From assembly GCA_965197905.1 (NCBI GenBank), contig CBDAOB010000004.1, positions 1,824,001 through 1,888,000 on the forward strand: a stretch of 64,000 nucleotides of DNA, written 5' to 3'. The notes beneath the pieces were generated by a model, which was not told the origin of the DNA, searched no databases, and was given only the letters and a program-made list of their open reading frames with translations. How positions within the stretch are numbered: position 1 is the stretch's first letter; every line of letters begins with the position of its first letter. The position numbers and the translations under genes were made by a program. This DNA comes from Candidatus Latescibacterota bacterium (lineage in GTDB: Bacteria; Latescibacterota; UBA2968; UBA8231). Below, piece by piece: positions 60,742-64,000 of this stretch.

Positions 60742-63670
60742 ATCGACCGATCCGCTCAACCTCGCGCGCAACGGCACCTGGCGGAATTACGACGGCACCA
60801 ACGGTCTGCCCGGCCCCGCCCTTGCCGTGGGCCAGGACCGGGAAGGTTTCATCTGGGTTGGAACCTACGGAACCGGCGTCAGCCGCTACGACGGCGAGGT
60901 CTTTCACACTTTCAGCGCCGCGGACGGACTCCAGGTGAAGCACGTCTGGAATATGATCGCCGACGACCAGGGACGGATGTGGTTCGCCGCGTAGGAAGGA
61001 GTCAGCTGCTGGGACGGCGGACGTTTCCTCAACTACTCCACCGCCGACGGGTTGCCCCACAACGACGTGCACGTGGTGACCCAGGGACCCGATGGCGACA
61101 TCGGGATGGGCACCGAGGTGGGTCTCAGCCTTTTTAACGGGCACTCCTTCAAGAGTGTGGCCGAGGGGCTTCCCCATCCTTCCATCACCGCGTTGACCTT
61201 CGACCGGTCGGGGGCACTCTGGGTCGGCACCGACAAAGGGGTCAGCCGTTACGACGGCAAAAGCTTCGAGAATTTCTCCCTCGCCGACGGCTTAGCTTCC
61301 GAAAAAATCTGCGATATCCTCGAAGACGGCAGCGGGCGCCTTTGGATCGCCACCGAAGAGGGAGTCAACTGCCTGCAGAATGGCAAATTTCGGACGCTCA
61401 CGACCGCCGACGGTCTGGCCAACAATCACGTTCGCACGCTCATGGAAGACCGGGAAGGCCGACTCTGGTTCGGGACCCAGGGTGGTGTCAGCTTCGGGGA
61501 CGGCCGGCGGTTCGCCAGCCTCACCACGGCGGACGGACTAGTCAACGATCAGGTGTGGTCGGTGCATCAGGACCACGCCGGGGATTACTGGTTCGGGGGG
61601 TTCATCGGGCTGAGCCAATACAGCCAGAGTTTTTTCAGTTATACCACCGCCGATGGTCTGGCGCACAACGATCTACGCGCCATCCTGCGGCGCCAAGACG
61701 GAGATCTCTGGTTCGGCTCCTTGGGCGGGTTGAGTTGCTTCGACGGAGAGCGGTTCACCAACTATACCGAGGACGAAGGTCTGGCACGAAACCGGGTGTT
61801 CGCGCTGCTTGAGGAAGAGGATGGCACCCTTTGGATCGGCACGGAACGCGGGTTGAACCGTTTCAATGGGATCGAGTTCGAGACGTTTACCGAAGATGAC
61901 GGTCTGGTCCACAACCGGGTTTACACTTTGCTCAAGGGATCCGACGGACGCCTGTGGTTGGGAACGGAGGGGGGGTTGGGTTGGTACGACGGTGAACGTT
62001 TCGTCGCCTTAACCACCGCCGATGGGCTAATCGACGATGATATCAACGAGATTCTGGAAGATGAGAACGGAACGCTGTGGATCGGCACCGAGGGGGGTAT
62101 CAGCAAGTACGACGGCGAGACCTTTACCAACTTCGGCGTCGCCGACGGAATGCCGGACCCGCATGTCAACGGCATGGCCCTGGACCGCGACGGCCGGCTC
62201 TGGGCGGGCACGCTGGCGGGTGTCACCTGCTTCGACGGGTCGAGGTTCTCTACCCTGACGACAGCTGATGGTCTGGCCAGCGATGCCGTCTTACGGGTCT
62301 TTCAGGACAGCAACGGCTACATGTGGTTTGCTACCTGGGGCGGTCTTAACCGCTACGACGGGGAGGTGTTCCAAATCCTTACGCAAGAGGACGGTTTGGC
62401 GAGCAGCTCGGTTATGAAATTCTTTGAGGAGGAGGACGGGCGACTCTGGTTCGCAACCGGAAGCGGAGCGACCTGCTGCCGCTTGCCGGTGCCCTCACCA
62501 CCCCCGGTATATATTCGTGCGGTGGTGGCCGATCGGCGCTACACCTCGCTGGACGCCGTCTCCATCCCCTCCAGCGCAGGTTTGACTGCCGTGGAGTTTC
62601 ACGGCATCAACTTCAAGACGCGCCCCGGCGCCATGATCTACCGCTACCGGCTCAAGGCTCACAGCGAAGACTGGAAAACCACCCGTGCGCGCCGGGTCGA
62701 ATATCAGGACCTGGAACCCGGGTCCTATCTGTTTCAGGTGGTCGCCGTCGATCGCGATCTGAACTACTCGATGCCGGTTGAGGTAAAGATCACCGTGACC
62801 CATGATGTCCGGGATGAGCGCATCGACGAGCTGGAGTCGAGGGTGAGAGAGCGGACGCAGGAACTGCTGTCCAAGAACAAAGAGCTGGAGCAGACCCTCG
62901 TACAGCTGCGCGATGCCCAGAACCAACTGGTGGTCCAGGAAAAGATGGCCACGTTGGGCAACCTGGTTGCCGGCATCTCCCACGAGCTGAACAGCCCGTT
63001 GGGGGCAGTGAAGAGCGCCGGCGACGTACTGACCAAAGGCTTGGAGCGGATTCGCAACGCCGTGGTGGGCAGTGATACCATAGATAAGGTAAAAGCAGAC
63101 GGACATTTTCAGCGCGTTCTGGGTTTGTTGGAGGACAGCATCGGCACCTCGGGTCAGGCAATTGAGCGGATAAGTCACATACTCGGCAGCCTCAGGAGCT
63201 TTGCACGGTTGGACGAAGCCGAGTACCAGTTGGTCGATCTGCACGAAGGGCTGGAGAGCACGTTGATCCTCTTGGAACATCAGCTGAAAGAACGCATAAC
63301 GGTAGAAAAAGAGTACGGCGAGCTTCCCGAGATCTACTGTTATCCCGGGGAGCTGAACCAGGTTTTCATGAATGTGATCGTGAATGCCGTGCAGGCGATC
63401 GAGTGCCGCGGCACCGTGCGCCTACAATCGGAATTGGACCAGGATCACGTCATCGTGCGCATCGCCGACAACGGTCGGGGGATCTCCAAAGACCGCCTCG
63501 AGACCATCTTCGACCCCGCCTTCTCCAACAAGGATGCCCGGGTAGGCATGGGGTTGGGTTTGGCCATGAGCTACAACATCGTTCGCAAACACCAGGGTCG
63601 CATCGACCTGGAAAGCACTCCCGATGAAGGCACGATAGTCACCATCTGTCTTCCCGTTCGACCCGCCTGA
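60728..63670 (+). pseudogene. Beta-propeller (Reg_prop) + Y_Y_Y sensor histidine kinase with an in-frame TAG at 60992
   Basis: ORFs 60728-60994 and 61052-63670 are in the same frame, separated only by TAG (WFAA*EGVS). T.ADGL...D..G.LW.GT..G repeats; YRYRL...YQDLEPGSYLFQV; EKMATLGNLVAGISHELNSP; ELNQVFMN, DNGRG, GMGLGL. Confidence 0.85.
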
Positions 63671-63721
63671 AACATCGCTTCCCCGAACCCTATCTGTTAC
63701 TCATCTCGGCGAATATTCACC

Positions 63722-63749
63722 TTGCCCCCGGTGCCTGAGGTGTTATAGT
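63722..63749 (+). promoter_or_regulatory. Extended -10 sigma70-type promoter
   Basis: TTGCCC - 16 bp - TATAGT, with TGn immediately upstream of the -10. Confidence 0.5.
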
Positions 63750-63812
63750 TCTGGACTCTGAAACGGAACGACGGGGCTTCTGCCTCCCACATCCCGCGAA
63801 AGGAGCTCGATA

Positions 63813-64000
63813 ATGGATTTCTCAAGCGTTCTAGGTAATGGGCGGAAGGTGCTCTTCGTGGCGCTCTTCCTACTGCCAGCCAGCGCTCCGCTCTACGCGC
63901 AGGAAAGCCACGCACCGCCCAGCGGCGACTCATCGATTATTTCACCGGACGCACGGCTGGAACTGCTGTTCACCAGCAAATTGCTCACCGAAGGTCCGGC
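63813..64000 (+). CDS. SMP-30/gluconolactonase-family exported protein, 5' part (runs off the window end)
   Basis: AAGGAG RBS; manual translation MDFSSVLGNGRKVLFVALFLLPASAPLYAQ...SIISPDARLELLFTSKLLTEGP; the 'IxPDAxLE...TEGP' start is typical of this family. Not in the ORF track. Confidence 0.7.
   Translation, partial: MDFSSVLGNGRKVLFVALFLLPASAPLYAQESHAPPSGDSSIISPDARLELLFTSKLLTEGP

Overview
High-GC bacterial chromosomal DNA of typical gene density. The mix of C25 peptidase/FlgD-Ig proteins, 'DxDxDGxVDFxDF' EF-hand/dockerin-like tags, FGE-sulfatase domains and Gld-like ABC genes suggests an FCB-group organism such as Ca. Latescibacterota (inference). Housekeeping genes: folE2 (partial, missed by the ORF track), PduO-type adenosyltransferase, gltA, hpf/raiA, gltB-gltD, a class I DAHP synthase, mtnP and a nuclease-DinG helicase, plus many exported or envelope proteins. 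The clearest structural signal is a complete group II intron (3928-6068; GUGCG...AC ends, domains V/VI, RT/maturase without an endonuclease domain). It sits between two codons of a heparinase II/III-family lyase gene, and splicing restores the reading frame exactly. Candidate undescribed systems: (1) a ferritin-like DUF455 diiron + ATP-grasp fusion enzyme apparently co-transcribed with mtnP; (2) an orphan secretin with a ~295-aa C-terminal extension, a coupled lipoprotein and a palindrome inside its promoter; (3) an apparently cytoplasmic beta-propeller histidine kinase; (4) an 18-blade TolB-like lipoprotein paired with a beta-barrel; (5) a possible structured RNA at 59284-59387. Several genes carry frameshifts or in-frame stops, three of them at homopolymer runs, so sequencing or assembly error has to be considered. 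No rRNA, tRNA or CRISPR array was seen.
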